The position numbers and the translations under genes were made by a program. The notes below the pieces were generated by a model. That model was not told the origin of the DNA and searched no databases. It worked only from the letters and a program-made list of their open reading frames with translations. A stretch of 64,000 nucleotides of DNA from an uncultured Planctomycetota bacterium (GTDB lineage Bacteria; Planctomycetota; Planctomycetia; Gemmatales; Gemmataceae). The stretch's first letter is position 1, and each line of letters starts with the position of its first letter. Location: the NCBI GenBank assembly GCA_963849325.1, contig CAWKHF010000010.1, positions 352,001 to 416,000 of the forward strand, written 5' to 3'. This document shows, in pieces, positions 48,767 through 59,578 of this stretch.

Positions 48767-49406
48767 ATGGTAAGGCGATCCGCAGGTCATTTCTGGTTCC
48801 CTCCATTCGTCCGCGCCTGGCGTCCTCACCGAGTCCCAGTTGCTGGACCGCTACTTGCGGCTCGGTGACGAGGCAGCGTTCGAGCTGCTGATGAACTGGC
48901 ATGGGCCGCGGGTGTTCAACGTGTGCCGGCGCGTGCTGCGACACACGCAAGACGCGGAAGACGCTTTTCAGGCCACCTTTCTTATGCTCGCGCGCAAGGC
49001 TGCCGACATCGGCCGGCGCGAGTCGATCAGCGGTTGGCTCTGCACCGTCGCCTTCCGCATCGCCCTCCGCGTCAAGTTGCGCTCCGATCGCCGCACGCAG
49101 CGGCAGCGGCCGTTGGGAGACGTGCCGGACCACGCACCGGGAGGCGATCCGGCCGAGCGAACCGCGTGGCGCGAACTGCGGCAAATCCTCGATGCGGAGT
49201 TGAGGCAGGTGTCGCCGAAGTATCGGGCGGCGTTCATCCTCTGCCATCTGGAAGGCAAGACCTGCGAGGAGGCTGCCGAGCATCTCGGTTGTCCGCGCGG
49301 GACCGTACAGTCGCGCGTGGGCCGGGCGCGGCAACAGTTCGCGCCCGGCTGGCTCCGCCCCACCCCTGACGAAAGCGCTGGCCCTCACTTCGTGGGGGGT
49401 GGATAG
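48767..49406 (+). CDS. ECF sigma factor (planctomycete type); N-terminal indel, short C-terminus
   Basis: QLLDRY..DEAAFELL..DAEDAFQATFL..GWL..GTVQSRVGRAR. Confidence 0.8.
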
Positions 49407-50318
49407 GCCTGGGCGATGTCTCTCAGCGTCTGATCAAAGTTGTCGGGCACTTCCTCGAAACTGGTGATGCGGCACAGCTGGAGCATTTGGCGACCCTGGC
49501 GATTGGACTTGGCGGCCAACATTCCCGAGCGGAAACGCTCGCTGCGTTCCGCGCCGAGCTTCCCCGGATAGCAGGCAATGACCGTGCAGGGGAACGCCTC
49601 GGACTTCCGCAGCACCTTCACCTTGGCGAAATACTCCGGATACCGTGCGCGATAGGCGGCCAGGTCGGTATCGTCGATGACCGCGGCCTGCGCCGCGCCA
49701 TCGATCACGTCGTCGATCGCGTAACAAGCATCGCGCGGCACGGAGACGCGACCGAAAAACGTCTCCGGCGTCTGGCCATCCGCGACACAACGGCGCTCCA
49801 GGAACAATCGGCAGTGCTCCCGGCTCATGTGCGGCAGGGCCAGCACACGCCCTTTGAGATCGTCGATCGCGGTGATCTTACCATCGTCGCGGACGACGAG
49901 ATGGGCGCGGAGGAGAGGTTGCTTGTTGACGGCGATCACCAGCGGCCGGAGCTGAGGGTATTTGGCGCGGGCCCAGGCGAATTCGACGCCGTGAAAAATG
50001 CCCAGTTGGACCTCGCCGTCCTTCATTCGCTGTCCGAGATGAAGGGCGTCGTCGCTGACAACGAGCTGGCTACTCAGGCCCGTTTGCGCCTCCAGCAGCG
50101 ACTGAAAGGGCCGCATCAGGGTCCGCAGCAGCGGTTCCGAGGTGTCGCGGAACAGGCCGGAACCCAGACCGATGCGGACAGGCGCGGGTCGTCATCCGCC
50201 GCTCGGACTTCGGACGCGGACAGGCCCAGCGCAGAACGAGCGCTCCGAGGACCCAGGTCGGTTTATGGCTCGCTCCGCTCACCGTCTGACCCATGATTCG
50301 CTTCTCGAACGAGAACAT
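49385..50318 (-). CDS. PhnD-like periplasmic binding protein; N-terminal frameshifts
   Basis: QLGIFHGVEFAWA..LRPLVIA..DDLKG..SEAFP. Confidence 0.75.
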
Positions 50319-50436
50319 GCGAAGTTCCTTCCACTGTCGGACGAGTTGTGTTTCGCTCTTTCGCTTCCTCCTCTTGTTCCGATATGCCGCGGATTGTGAC
50401 AGACTGACATTCTGGCCACCCTCTCCGAAGGAGCGT

Positions 50437-51218
50437 CTAGCGAGGATCGTCGGTCCAGCGTGCCGGCGGAAACCAACCCTCGTTGACGTCGAGGTGGTGA
50501 TCGATGAAGAGATTGAAGGAACGCCCGTAGAACAGGTCGCGCGGGTAGGTGGCCGAGGGCCGCGTCCGCGACGCATCCAGCAAGCCCGCCGCCACGCACG
50601 CCTCGCTGACCAATTCCGAGCAGAAGTAGCTCCGCCGATCGCCGCCGTGAGGCCCGCCTATGAAATACGTGCGGAGCGGACCCCGGCTGCGGAACGGCGT
50701 CAGTTGCACGCCCAGGCGCAGGAGGGCGAAATGTTTGCCGTCCTGAGCGAGAGCGAACTCCGTCAGCCGGCACGATTGCTCCGGCGTGAGCGGCACGCGA
50801 CGGCGACGAATCCACACGCGGCCAATGTCGGTGTATTCCCGCAAGTGCGGCAGCAGGTCCAGGGTGCGCACCCACATCGTGTCGCACGGACCCGCCTCCA
50901 ATATGGCCGGGCTGCCGTCGGGCGCGCGAAGACGATGGCGGAACCGTTGGGGTCGAAGGCCAACGCCATGTAATGCGTGGTCCGCCAGAACTTCGAGTGG
51001 TCCAGGCGCAGCATGATGTCGCCCGGTTGCGGCAGGTACGCTTCCACGGGATAGCGGAGCACTTCATCCAGACAGAAAGCCGGCTGGTAAAGGAAGGAGT
51101 TCCATCCGCCCTCCGTCGGAACAGGGCACGGTGAAGAGGCGATCGAGAGGAAGGAACAGAGCAAGGCGAGCATGAGGACGCTCCATGTCACATGTCGCGA
51201 GGGATGTCTCCTACCCAT
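50437..51218 (-). CDS. Exported permuted papain-like (YiiX/NlpC-P60) protein; frameshift ~50925
   Basis: PQPGDIML N-terminal motif and YFCSELV C-terminal Cys motif. Confidence 0.7.
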
Positions 51219-51335
51219 ATCTGACAAGAGAAGGGCCGTGCTCCACTGCCTTTCTCCGTTCCCCCGAAACGGGGCGTCAAGCGATCCTCAGAAACACCCC
51301 AGGGTGAATAATCGGCAAAGTCAGGATGAAAAGGT

Positions 51336-51393
51336 ACAAGCCGCGAGCGCCTGGGAGCGGTATGGCATTCGCTCGCTGGCGCTCGCGGCTTGT
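51336..51393. repeat. REP-like palindrome related to family A
   Basis: ACAAGCCGCGAGCGCC...GGCGCTCGCGGCTTGT. Confidence 0.75.
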
Positions 51394-51434
51394 GAAGGTC
51401 GGATTACCGCGTCCTACTTCCGATTTCGTGCTTT

Positions 51435-53711
51435 CTACTTCCGGTCGTAGACTTCCAACTCCAATTGCGGACGGGCATTTTTCGGGAGATCGATGCGGAC
51501 AATGTAACCATCGTCCACGGATCGATCCTGGACGACACGGAGCGCGAAGCCGTGGAAAGCCGATTCTCCGGCCGCAATCTTTTTGACGGCGCGGGTGACA
51601 TCGACGGCGAAGGTTTTCGGTGGGCTGTATTCCGTCCCTCCCGGTTGGCGCGGCACGACAGCCGTTCCCGCTACTTCGCCCAGATTCTTGAAATCGAACG
51701 GCTTGTCCGCCTGGAACGGTGCCGCGAGCAGTGTCACCCCTACTTTCGTCCCCGCCTTGGCATGTCCGCGAAGCACCGGGAAAACCAGGCGGGCCTCGGC
51801 GATGTCCCGCGAGGCCGGCAGGTCTTTCAGTTCGCCGCCGACCAGCATCACCCAGGTCTCGCCCTCCTTCCATTTCAAGAAGTGGTTGTCCTGCGTCTGA
51901 CCGTCCCTGGAAACGGCGTGGCTGGCTTGCAAGGTGAGGGTCCGTTTCGACGTGGGGCGAACGACTTTCGGCGGCGGCGGAGCAATGCCGACGGTGAACG
52001 GATTGGGCAGCGTCTTCAACTCTCCCGGTGTCGTCGCCGACGGCTCCTGTGTACCCTCTGGGAGCGGTAGTGGACGGGAACTGGGGGCGAGCACTTCGCG
52101 ACGCAACCAGAGCATGCGCGGGTAGACCGGATACTTGCTCGCGGGTGTCGGAACGTCGATGTCAAATGTCGTCGGCAGGTCTTTGGCGGTGAAGATTTTC
52201 CGCACCACGGTCGGTTTCGTGGACCAACTGGCGTAGTGAGCGCGGGCCAACTCCGCGCCGGCGTCGGCCAGCTCCTCGTAGGACTTGTTGCGGGAGCCGG
52301 TCTCGTAGGCGTAAGTTACCGCCAACCGATTGTCGCCCAATTCCCGAGCGTCGGCGACGGTCACCGAAATCTTGTTCTTGCCGGGCGAGAGATAGGGCAG
52401 AGAGCCGCGGTTGCACTGGACGACGGTTTCCAGCCGGAGCGAACGAAGGGCGGTCTTGAAGGATAGTCTCACCAAGCAAGAGTATTTCCCTCCAACCTCC
52501 TCCGAAAAGTCTTCCAAGCGAATCGGCTTGAACGTCTTGCCTCCGTCGAGGGAAATCTCGGCGACCTCGACCCCGTCGGCCTGGCCGGAGGCGCGCGTCA
52601 TGATGTAGGGAGATTGCATCGCCACGGTGATTGAGGCCGGATGTTCGCTGTTGACGGGGACCAGCTTGCCGCCGTCCCACTTCACGTTGTCCTTCGCCGT
52701 CAGGCCGTCGAGGAGAGCGGCGTTGGCCAGGTCGGGGGCGAAGAGCAGCGTACCGTTGGCGAAGCTGCGGCTGCGGCCGCCGGAGCGGATGTACGGTTCG
52801 AGGATGGGGCCGATCGCCGGACAATTGCGGTAGTCCTTGTCGCCGCAGCCGTGATTCGGTACGTACTTCCGTCCGCTCCACCAGTGCGCGCCCTTGACCG
52901 CGTCCCAGGTGAGCGTCAGGGAGTAACCGGGAGCCAGGTTGACGTCGGTGGAATAGCCAGGGGAGTCGAAGTTCGTCGCGTTCCAGCCAGTGGGACTGCC
53001 GGCCGGCCGACTGCTGCGGATACCCGTCAGGATGCCCTCGGGCGTGTCGCCGCAGCCGAGAAACGACGGCGCTCGCCAGTTCGCCTTGCCGTCAAGGTTC
53101 TCGAAACGATCGCCCTTGTGGTAGTAAACGCCGCGGCCGCGGTCGAACTCCAGGCCCGCGCTGACCAGGGCGGGGTTGGCCTTGATGTCCTCCTCGCCGG
53201 CCACCGTTCGTCCACCGGGGGCCTTGGCGTCGGGAACCCACGTGTAATACTTCAGGAAAGCGTCGAAGTAGTGCCAGCGGCCGTCGTACTGGACCTCGAC
53301 GGTGGTGTGGCCGGGGTTGCTCCAGCCGACGTAGCGCCACGGCCAGCCCATCTCGCGCCACAGCGCCGCCTCGACACTGTGCAGTCCGCCGCACAGGCTC
53401 CAACCGTAAACGTTGATCTCCTTGAGCGCCTCCACGCCGCCCGGCTCGTTGGCATAGCCCTGGTGGTAGTGCGCCAGCTGCATGAAGTTGTAAATGGCGA
53501 TGGCCTTCTCGTCGTTGCTCTTGCAGCCGCGCGTCACGCTCTCGACGATTGAACGGAGCGAAGAGCAATCGGGAGCTTTGTCGGCGAGGACCTTGATCTG
53601 ATGGACCCTCCGTCCGGAAGACGAAGGGGCCGCGCTATCCAATCGGGGGAGGAGAACCCAGAGGGCGAGGAGACAACAGCAAACCCCTACACCGCATCGA
53701 AAGAGCCGCAT
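51435..53711 (-). CDS. Exported transglutaminase-like domain protein
   Basis: Signal peptide; YGWSLCGG, GHTTVEV, WHYFD (Cys-His-Asp). Confidence 0.75.
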   Translation of the reverse strand: MRLFRCGVGVCCCLLALWVLLPRLDSAAPSSSGRRVHQIKVLADKAPDCSSLRSIVESVTRGCKSNDEKAIAIYNFMQLAHYHQGYANEPGGVEALKEINVYGWSLCGGLHSVEAALWREMGWPWRYVGWSNPGHTTVEVQYDGRWHYFDAFLKYYTWVPDAKAPGGRTVAGEEDIKANPALVSAGLEFDRGRGVYYHKGDRFENLDGKANWRAPSFLGCGDTPEGILTGIRSSRPAGSPTGWNATNFDSPGYSTDVNLAPGYSLTLTWDAVKGAHWWSGRKYVPNHGCGDKDYRNCPAIGPILEPYIRSGGRSRSFANGTLLFAPDLANAALLDGLTAKDNVKWDGGKLVPVNSEHPASITVAMQSPYIMTRASGQADGVEVAEISLDGGKTFKPIRLEDFSEEVGGKYSCLVRLSFKTALRSLRLETVVQCNRGSLPYLSPGKNKISVTVADARELGDNRLAVTYAYETGSRNKSYEELADAGAELARAHYASWSTKPTVVRKIFTAKDLPTTFDIDVPTPASKYPVYPRMLWLRREVLAPSSRPLPLPEGTQEPSATTPGELKTLPNPFTVGIAPPPPKVVRPTSKRTLTLQASHAVSRDGQTQDNHFLKWKEGETWVMLVGGELKDLPASRDIAEARLVFPVLRGHAKAGTKVGVTLLAAPFQADKPFDFKNLGEVAGTAVVPRQPGGTEYSPPKTFAVDVTRAVKKIAAGESAFHGFALRVVQDRSVDDGYIVRIDLPKNARPQLELEVYDRK

Positions 53712-53756
53712 GATGACCTCACCTTGCCGTTCCAGAAATACTTCGGATCGACGCGA

Positions 53757-54632
53757 TTACTTCCCCGACGAAGGAGCTTCGTCCAGAAGTACCTTTTTCG
53801 CCGGTTTCAAGTAGGAATCGTTGAGCTTATCGACCGACCAGAGCAGGCCGCGAGTGACGAGATCGAGGTAACGATCATCGGCGACGGTCGCGTTGTTGTG
53901 GCCCAGGGTCGTGGCGAAGACGCGGGCCTTGCCGTTGTAGCGATTCGTCCAGACCACGACGTTATCGCTCGTGCTCTCCTTGCCGTCCTTGCTCCGGGTC
54001 GTCTGCTTACCTCGGGCCAGAGGGTGAGCCGTGTCCTCTACCTTGCCCGTGATGTTGTTGTAAAGCTCCTCGTTGATCGTCGTCCAATCTGCCAACCCTT
54101 TGGTGATGGGACTGTCCTTCTCGATGAAAGTGACGGCGATGGGCGCCTGGGGACCGTGGCCGGTGGTCGCCAGGCCGGTGAACTCGAACCACGGCGTCGT
54201 CTTCGGCCAGCCCTTGCTGCGGTAGCAGTGCATACCGCAGTGCAGCACCACGGCCGGCAAACCCTGTCGATGTGGCTCCAGGATGCGGTCGATCAAACTC
54301 AAATCCGTGACCCCCGAGCAGCACTCGTCATGCACGACGACATCGAAGCCCTTGGCCCAGTCCGGCTTCTCATAGACGGGATTGAGGTGCTTGGTGCCCT
54401 TGTCGGGGTCGTAGGCGATCACCCAGCGGACGTTGGCGCGTGCGGAGATGCCCTTGGTGAGAATGTCCTTTTGCTTGGCGTAGTCGTGACAGCAACCGCC
54501 GACGACCAGCAAGGCGCGGATCGGCTTGGTGTCGTCCTCGGCGCGGGTGGGCGCATCGTTCAAGCCAAGCAGCGACGCGGACAGCAGAGCGAAAGCCAGC
54601 ATTGCCTGAGACCATACTTTCCGTCGGATCAT
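53757..54632 (-). CDS. Exported ThuA-like domain protein
   Basis: RALLVVGGCCHDY, EELYN, RVFATTLGHN. Confidence 0.85.
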   Translation of the reverse strand: MIRRKVWSQAMLAFALLSASLLGLNDAPTRAEDDTKPIRALLVVGGCCHDYAKQKDILTKGISARANVRWVIAYDPDKGTKHLNPVYEKPDWAKGFDVVVHDECCSGVTDLSLIDRILEPHRQGLPAVVLHCGMHCYRSKGWPKTTPWFEFTGLATTGHGPQAPIAVTFIEKDSPITKGLADWTTINEELYNNITGKVEDTAHPLARGKQTTRSKDGKESTSDNVVVWTNRYNGKARVFATTLGHNNATVADDRYLDLVTRGLLWSVDKLNDSYLKPAKKVLLDEAPSSGK

Positions 54633-54743
54633 CGGCGTGTCTCCCTCATGGGTGCGGGGCTGGAATGCCGAGCGAAGAGGTTTCGATTCCGGAAGGGAAA
54701 TTCTATTCCTCCCCGTGAGCGCAGCAAGCCAGGGAGCTTTTTG

Positions 54744-54796
54744 CGGAGCCGGAACCGTAAGCGAGGAGGAATCCTTCGCTCACGCTTCCAGCTTCC
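54744..54796. repeat. Degenerate REP-like palindrome, family A
   Basis: GGAGCCGGAACCGTAAGCGAG..TTCGCTCACGCTTCCAGCTTCC. Confidence 0.65.
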
Positions 54797-54810
54797 AGAG
54801 GACACGGAGA

Positions 54811-54893
54811 CAGAAGTTCGTGGTCCCGGAAGCCGTGGAAACCGTCTCCCCCGAGACCCTACGCCGCGTGCTCAAAAAAACGAACTCAAGCCC
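54811..54893 (+). pseudogene. Short IS630-family transposase relic
   Basis: VETVSPETLRRVLKK, then NELKP across CTCAAAAAAACGAACTCAAGCCC. Confidence 0.6.
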
Positions 54894-56227
54894 TCACGTT
54901 TTGACGGGCTGTGCCACGGGGCGCATCTGCAGATACGTCCACAGCACGAGGCCGGCCACGACCAGGAAGACGCTGGTATAGCTCTCGAACCCCTTGGGAC
55001 GCGGATCGTCGCGCAGCAGCTCGTTCAGATAACGGTGGATGCCGTAGCCGACCATCAGCAGCGCCATCACCTGCCCTTTGCGGCGGCGAAACGGGTAGTA
55101 CGCCGTCAGCAGCAGAAACAGCAGGACCATGCTGACGACCTCGTACAGCTGCGTCGGATGCAGGCCGAGCGTTCGCGGCTCGATGACCCCCAAATCTTCT
55201 TCCGGCGCCTGCTCGCCGTGCTTGACGATCAGATGCAGCTTCTTCTCGCCGCGCGGCCAGTTGTAGACCAGGCATCGCGACAGGACGTCCTCGGGCGTCA
55301 GGCGCAGAAACTTGCCGTTCTCCTCGACGCTCTTCTCCTCGATGGTGCAATCGTTGACGCGCACGATCAGGTCGCGGGGCGCAGGCCGGCGGCGTAGACG
55401 AGGGAGGCGGGATCGACCCGATCGACGCGGACGCCGCCGTCGCGCGGTTGGTCGCGCTCGTCGGCCAGGGTGAAGCCGGCCGGCGTCTGGTAGCCCTGAT
55501 CGACCAGCCCCTCGCGCGCCGGGGCCGACAGCGGGAAGTGGACGGGATAAACGAGACAAGTGGGACAGGCGACCTGTCCGTAACAGCAGCCGTTGAGGAA
55601 GCAGCCGAAGCGGCCCAGGCACAGACCCACCGCGATCGACGGCGCCAGGATGTCCGCCAGCTTCCACGTGGAGAGCTGGTATTTGCGGAAGATGAACAGG
55701 TAAGCGGCGACGTAGCCGGCCAGGCCGCCGATCACCGAGCCGTACAGGACGATGCCGCCGTCCCAGATTTTGTAGATCTGTTCGAGCATCTCGCGGTACG
55801 ACAGGTTCGGCTTCTCCGACAAGAGGAAGGTGATGCGAGCGCCGAGCAGTCCGCCGATGAACAGCCAGATGACCAGGTCCTGGATGTGTTCGCGGGCGAT
55901 GCCCTCGCGCTCGGCGCGTCGTCCGGCCATCCAGGTGCAGATGATGAAGGCCAGAAACAACATCATGCCGAAGCCGTAGATTGGCAGTCCATTGGGCAGT
56001 TTGGCGGCGCCGAAGTAGACGACCAGGGCGGAGATGACGCCGAAGCCGGCCAGCCAGAAGGAGGCGCCGCGAAAGACCTCGCGCAGCGCCGGTTCGCGGG
56101 CGCGGCGGCTCAGCAGCCGGACGATCAGGCCCAGGCCGAGTCCAAGTCCGAGCAGGAACAGGTACAGCGGGACGTTCGCCGGCAGCCAGTCGGCCTGGAG
56201 CGGGATGCGAAAAAGGACCTGTCGCAT
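54894..56227 (-). CDS. lgt: Prolipoprotein diacylglyceryl transferase with PDZ-like insert; frameshift ~55380
   Basis: YGFGMML, GLLGARI, IWDGGIVLYGS, GRFGCFLNGCCYG, HPTQLYE. Confidence 0.9.
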
Positions 56228-56347
56228 GGGAGGGTTCAACCTTTCCTTGGGGAGCGAACCGAACGCCCCCTTGAATACAGCAAACCCTATCAAGCGACGG
56301 TCGTTTCAGCCACCCCGGATCGAACGCGAAGTAACGATCGCGCCGCT

Positions 56348-56400
56348 AGCCCGGAGCGTCCGCGAGGGGTCTGTGTAACCCGTCGCGGACGCTCCGGGCT
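56348..56400. repeat. REP-like palindrome related to family A
   Basis: AGCCCGGAGCGTCCGCGA...TCGCGGACGCTCCGGGCT. Confidence 0.8.
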
Positions 56401-56516
56401 TGTAGGTTAGCGTCAGGAACGTCGGCGGAAATGCTGGCATCGGCGGCGAGAACCCGTAATATCTGAGGAGACTCCGCGATGTCCCCTACCCGGCCCGCAG
56501 CTGCGAGTACACCGAC

Positions 56517-57932
56517 ATGCACCCTTTTACCGACAAACCTTCTCCTTCTTCCGACCCAATAACCTTGGCATCTCCTGCCGCGACCGGGCCGTGGTGGCGA
56601 GAGATGAATCGCTATCACTGGTTCGTCTTCGTCGTGGCCTCGCTGGGCTGGTTGTTCGACACGATGGATCAGCAGCTGTTCAACATCGCTCGTAACCCGG
56701 CCTTGCGCACGATCCTCACGAAAGAGTTAGGGCACCCGCCGCTCGATCGAGTCGTTGGGGAATATGCCGGCTACACCACGTCGGTCTTCCTCATCGGCTG
56801 GGGCACTGGCGGCCTTCTATTCGGCGTGCTCGGCGACCTCCTCGGCCGCGTCCGCTCGCTGATGCTGACCATCTTGCTCTACTCGCTGTTTACTGGCCTT
56901 AGTGCCCTTTCCACTTCGGTGCTGGACTTCTCGATTTACCGCTTCCTCACGGGGTTGGGGGTGGGCGGCGAGTTCGCCGTCGGCGTGTCGCTAGTCGCCG
57001 AAGCGATGCCCGACCGCGCCCGTCCCTTCGCCCTGGGAATGCTGCAAGCGTTGTCGGCCGTCGGCAACGTCGCGGCCGCCTTCGTCGGCATCGTGCAAGG
57101 CCAACTGGTCAAGCAAGGCGCCCTCAGCAATGAGTCCGGCTGGCGAGGTATGTTTGTGGTCGGTATCGTGCCCGCCCTGCTCACTCTGGTCATCATGCGC
57201 CGCCTCAAGGAACCCGAACGCTGGCAGGCCGTGGCGGCCACGGCCAGCGCCGGTCAGCGCATCCGCGCCTATTTCGGCGAACTGTTCGGCAACCCGCGCT
57301 GGACGCGCAACGCCGTCATCGGTCTGTTGTTGGCCTCGTCCGGCATCATCGGTCTGTGGGGCATCGGCTTTTTCAGCATCGACTTGCAGCAGACGGTTTT
57401 CCGGGCCCGCTTCGAGAAATTGGGACTTCCGGCGGAGGAAGTCAATGGCATGGTCGGCTTCTGGGCCGGCATGACGTCCTTGATGATGAACGTGGGCGCC
57501 TTCTTCGGCATCTACGCCTTCAGCTACGTCACGCACTATCTGGGTCGCAAATGGACCTTCGCCGTGTCGTTCGTGCTGGCCCTCTTGAGCACCGCTTTCA
57601 CCTTCTGGTACTTCCGCTCCATCGCCGACGTCTTCTGGATGATCCCTATCATGGGCTTCTGCCAGCTGGCCCTGTTCGGCGGCTACGCCATCTATTTCCC
57701 GGAACTGTTCCCCACTCGTCTGCGCAGCACGGGAACGTCGTTCTGCTACAACGGCGCTCGCTTCGTGGCGGCGGCCGGGCCGACGACGCTGGGTCTGCTG
57801 ACCAACCGCGTTTACAATGGCTATCCCGAGCCGATGCGCTACGCCGGCGTGACCATGTGCGCCATCTTCCTGCTCGGCCTGGTTGTGCTGCCCTTCGCCC
57901 CGGAAACGAAGGGGCAGCCGCTGCCGGAATAA
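56517..57932 (+). CDS. MFS transporter
   Basis: GWLFDTMD, GDLLGR, RFLTGLGVGGE, PELFPTRLRSTG, APETKG. Confidence 0.93.
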   Translation: MHPFTDKPSPSSDPITLASPAATGPWWREMNRYHWFVFVVASLGWLFDTMDQQLFNIARNPALRTILTKELGHPPLDRVVGEYAGYTTSVFLIGWGTGGLLFGVLGDLLGRVRSLMLTILLYSLFTGLSALSTSVLDFSIYRFLTGLGVGGEFAVGVSLVAEAMPDRARPFALGMLQALSAVGNVAAAFVGIVQGQLVKQGALSNESGWRGMFVVGIVPALLTLVIMRRLKEPERWQAVAATASAGQRIRAYFGELFGNPRWTRNAVIGLLLASSGIIGLWGIGFFSIDLQQTVFRARFEKLGLPAEEVNGMVGFWAGMTSLMMNVGAFFGIYAFSYVTHYLGRKWTFAVSFVLALLSTAFTFWYFRSIADVFWMIPIMGFCQLALFGGYAIYFPELFPTRLRSTGTSFCYNGARFVAAAGPTTLGLLTNRVYNGYPEPMRYAGVTMCAIFLLGLVVLPFAPETKGQPLPE

Positions 57933-57951
57933 GGGAATTTCAGGAGAGACG

Positions 57952-58212
57952 ATGATGACGGTGACGACTCCCGACTGGCTGACGCGGCGCAACGTCCGGC
58001 TGCAGGGGAGCAAGGACGGCGGTTCGTGGCTGGTCTATCTCGGCGCGGAGCCGCAATATCTGCTCCAGGCGGTGCCAGTCAAAGGCCAGTTCGGCTGCCG
58101 CATCACGCAAACGATCAACGGCCGTCGCCTCGACAGTGGCGCCGTGTATCCGTCCCTCGACGCCGCCCTCCACGGTGGACTGGAGGAACTGCGGCAGGCG
58201 CTCGGCTGGTGA
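57952..58212 (+). CDS. Small hypothetical protein
   Basis: AGGAG RBS; 86 aa between the MFS and peptidase genes. Confidence 0.7.
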   Translation: MMTVTTPDWLTRRNVRLQGSKDGGSWLVYLGAEPQYLLQAVPVKGQFGCRITQTINGRRLDSGAVYPSLDAALHGGLEELRQALGW

Positions 58213-58254
58213 GCCGCGGAGACGATCGTCACCCGTCCGGTGGGAGATACCTCA

Positions 58255-59451
58255 ATGTTCGACCTGACTTCGGTGCAGTCGGCCCTGCGGACGGCAGGGC
58301 TGGACGGCTGGCTGCTGTACGACTTCCGCGGGCTGAACGTCCTGGCTCGTCGGGTGCTCGACATCTCGTCCGACGCCATCCTTACGCGGCGCTGGTTCTA
58401 CTTCGTGCCGGCCCACGGCGAGCCGCGCAAGCTGGTTCACCAGATCGAGCCACACGCTCTCGACGGCGTGCCGGGCGCCGCCCGCCGCTACCTTCGCTGG
58501 CAGGAGCTGGAGGCAGAGGTCCAATCGCTGCTAAGCGGCTGTCAGCGTGTGGCGATGGAGTACGTGCCGCGCAACGCCAATCCCTACGTCTCGCGCGTGG
58601 ACGCCGGCACCGTCGAGTTGGTCCGCGCACTCGGCGTTGAGATCGTCTCGTCCGGCGACCTGATCCAGCAGTTCGAGGCGTGCTGGGACGACCAGCAGTG
58701 GGCCATGCATCTGGAAGCGGCGACGCACACGCGCTCGGCCTACGACGTCGCCTTCGCCTTCCTCGCCGAGCGCGTCCGCCGCGACGGCTCGGTGCGCGAG
58801 ACCCAAGTGCAGCAGTGCATCCTGGACCACTTCGCCCGGCACGGACTCGTCACCGATCATCCGCCCATCTGCGCCGTCGGCCCGCACAGTGGCGATCCGC
58901 ACTATGCGCCGGGTCCGAACAGCGACGCTCCCATCCGCGCCGGCGATTTCGTCCTCATCGACCTGTGGGCCAAGCTCGACAAGCCGCGCGCCGTCTACAG
59001 CGACCTGACCTGGACCGGCTTCGTCGGCACGGAAGTCCCCGAGAAGTACGAGACGATTTTTCAGATCGTCGCTCGCGCCCGAGACGCGGCCATCAACCGG
59101 GTGCGCGCGGCGTTTGCGGGCGGGACGACGCTGCGCGGCTGGGAGGTGGATCAAGCGGCCCGTGACACGATCGAGCAGGCCGGCTACGGTTCGGCCTTCT
59201 GCCATCGCACCGGCCACTCCATCGGTCAGGAGACGCACGGCAACGGCGCCAACATGGACAACCTGGAGACGCACGAAGAACGGCAGGTGCTGCCGCGCAC
59301 CTGTTTCTCGGTCGAACCAGGCATCTACCTGCCGGAGTTTGGCGTCCGCAGCGAAGTCAACGTCTTCGTCGATGCACAGCGACAGGTCCACGTCACCGGC
59401 GGCACGCCGCAAACGAGCGTCGTGCCGGTCCTCCGGGCGTACTCCGTTTAG
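58255..59451 (+). CDS. M24 Xaa-Pro aminopeptidase-family protein
   Basis: DPHY, IDLW, YSDLT, HRTGHSIG, SVEPGIY, GVRSE. Confidence 0.92.
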   Translation: MFDLTSVQSALRTAGLDGWLLYDFRGLNVLARRVLDISSDAILTRRWFYFVPAHGEPRKLVHQIEPHALDGVPGAARRYLRWQELEAEVQSLLSGCQRVAMEYVPRNANPYVSRVDAGTVELVRALGVEIVSSGDLIQQFEACWDDQQWAMHLEAATHTRSAYDVAFAFLAERVRRDGSVRETQVQQCILDHFARHGLVTDHPPICAVGPHSGDPHYAPGPNSDAPIRAGDFVLIDLWAKLDKPRAVYSDLTWTGFVGTEVPEKYETIFQIVARARDAAINRVRAAFAGGTTLRGWEVDQAARDTIEQAGYGSAFCHRTGHSIGQETHGNGANMDNLETHEERQVLPRTCFSVEPGIYLPEFGVRSEVNVFVDAQRQVHVTGGTPQTSVVPVLRAYSV

Positions 59452-59493
59452 CCGCGACGCGCAGCGGAGTGCGGGATCGTTTTCCCATTTTCG

Positions 59494-59509
59494 CGGCACT
59501 CATTTTGCC
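59494..59509 (+). promoter_or_regulatory. Candidate sigma54 -24/-12 promoter
   Basis: CGGCACTCATTTTGCC = GGCAC-N5-TTGC upstream of the TIGR03000-type gene. Confidence 0.6.
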
Positions 59510-59578
59510 TAAACTATCCATGCTGCGCCTACTCACGGCAGGAAGTTAACTTTCCAGTCCTTTCAAAGGAGGTGGGTG

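Noticed and set aside
53601-55397. 598-aa plus-strand ORF and similar long antisense ORFs (e.g. 61697-63340, 31190-32560)
   Set aside because: Shadow frames of recognisable genes in high-GC DNA, with no motifs
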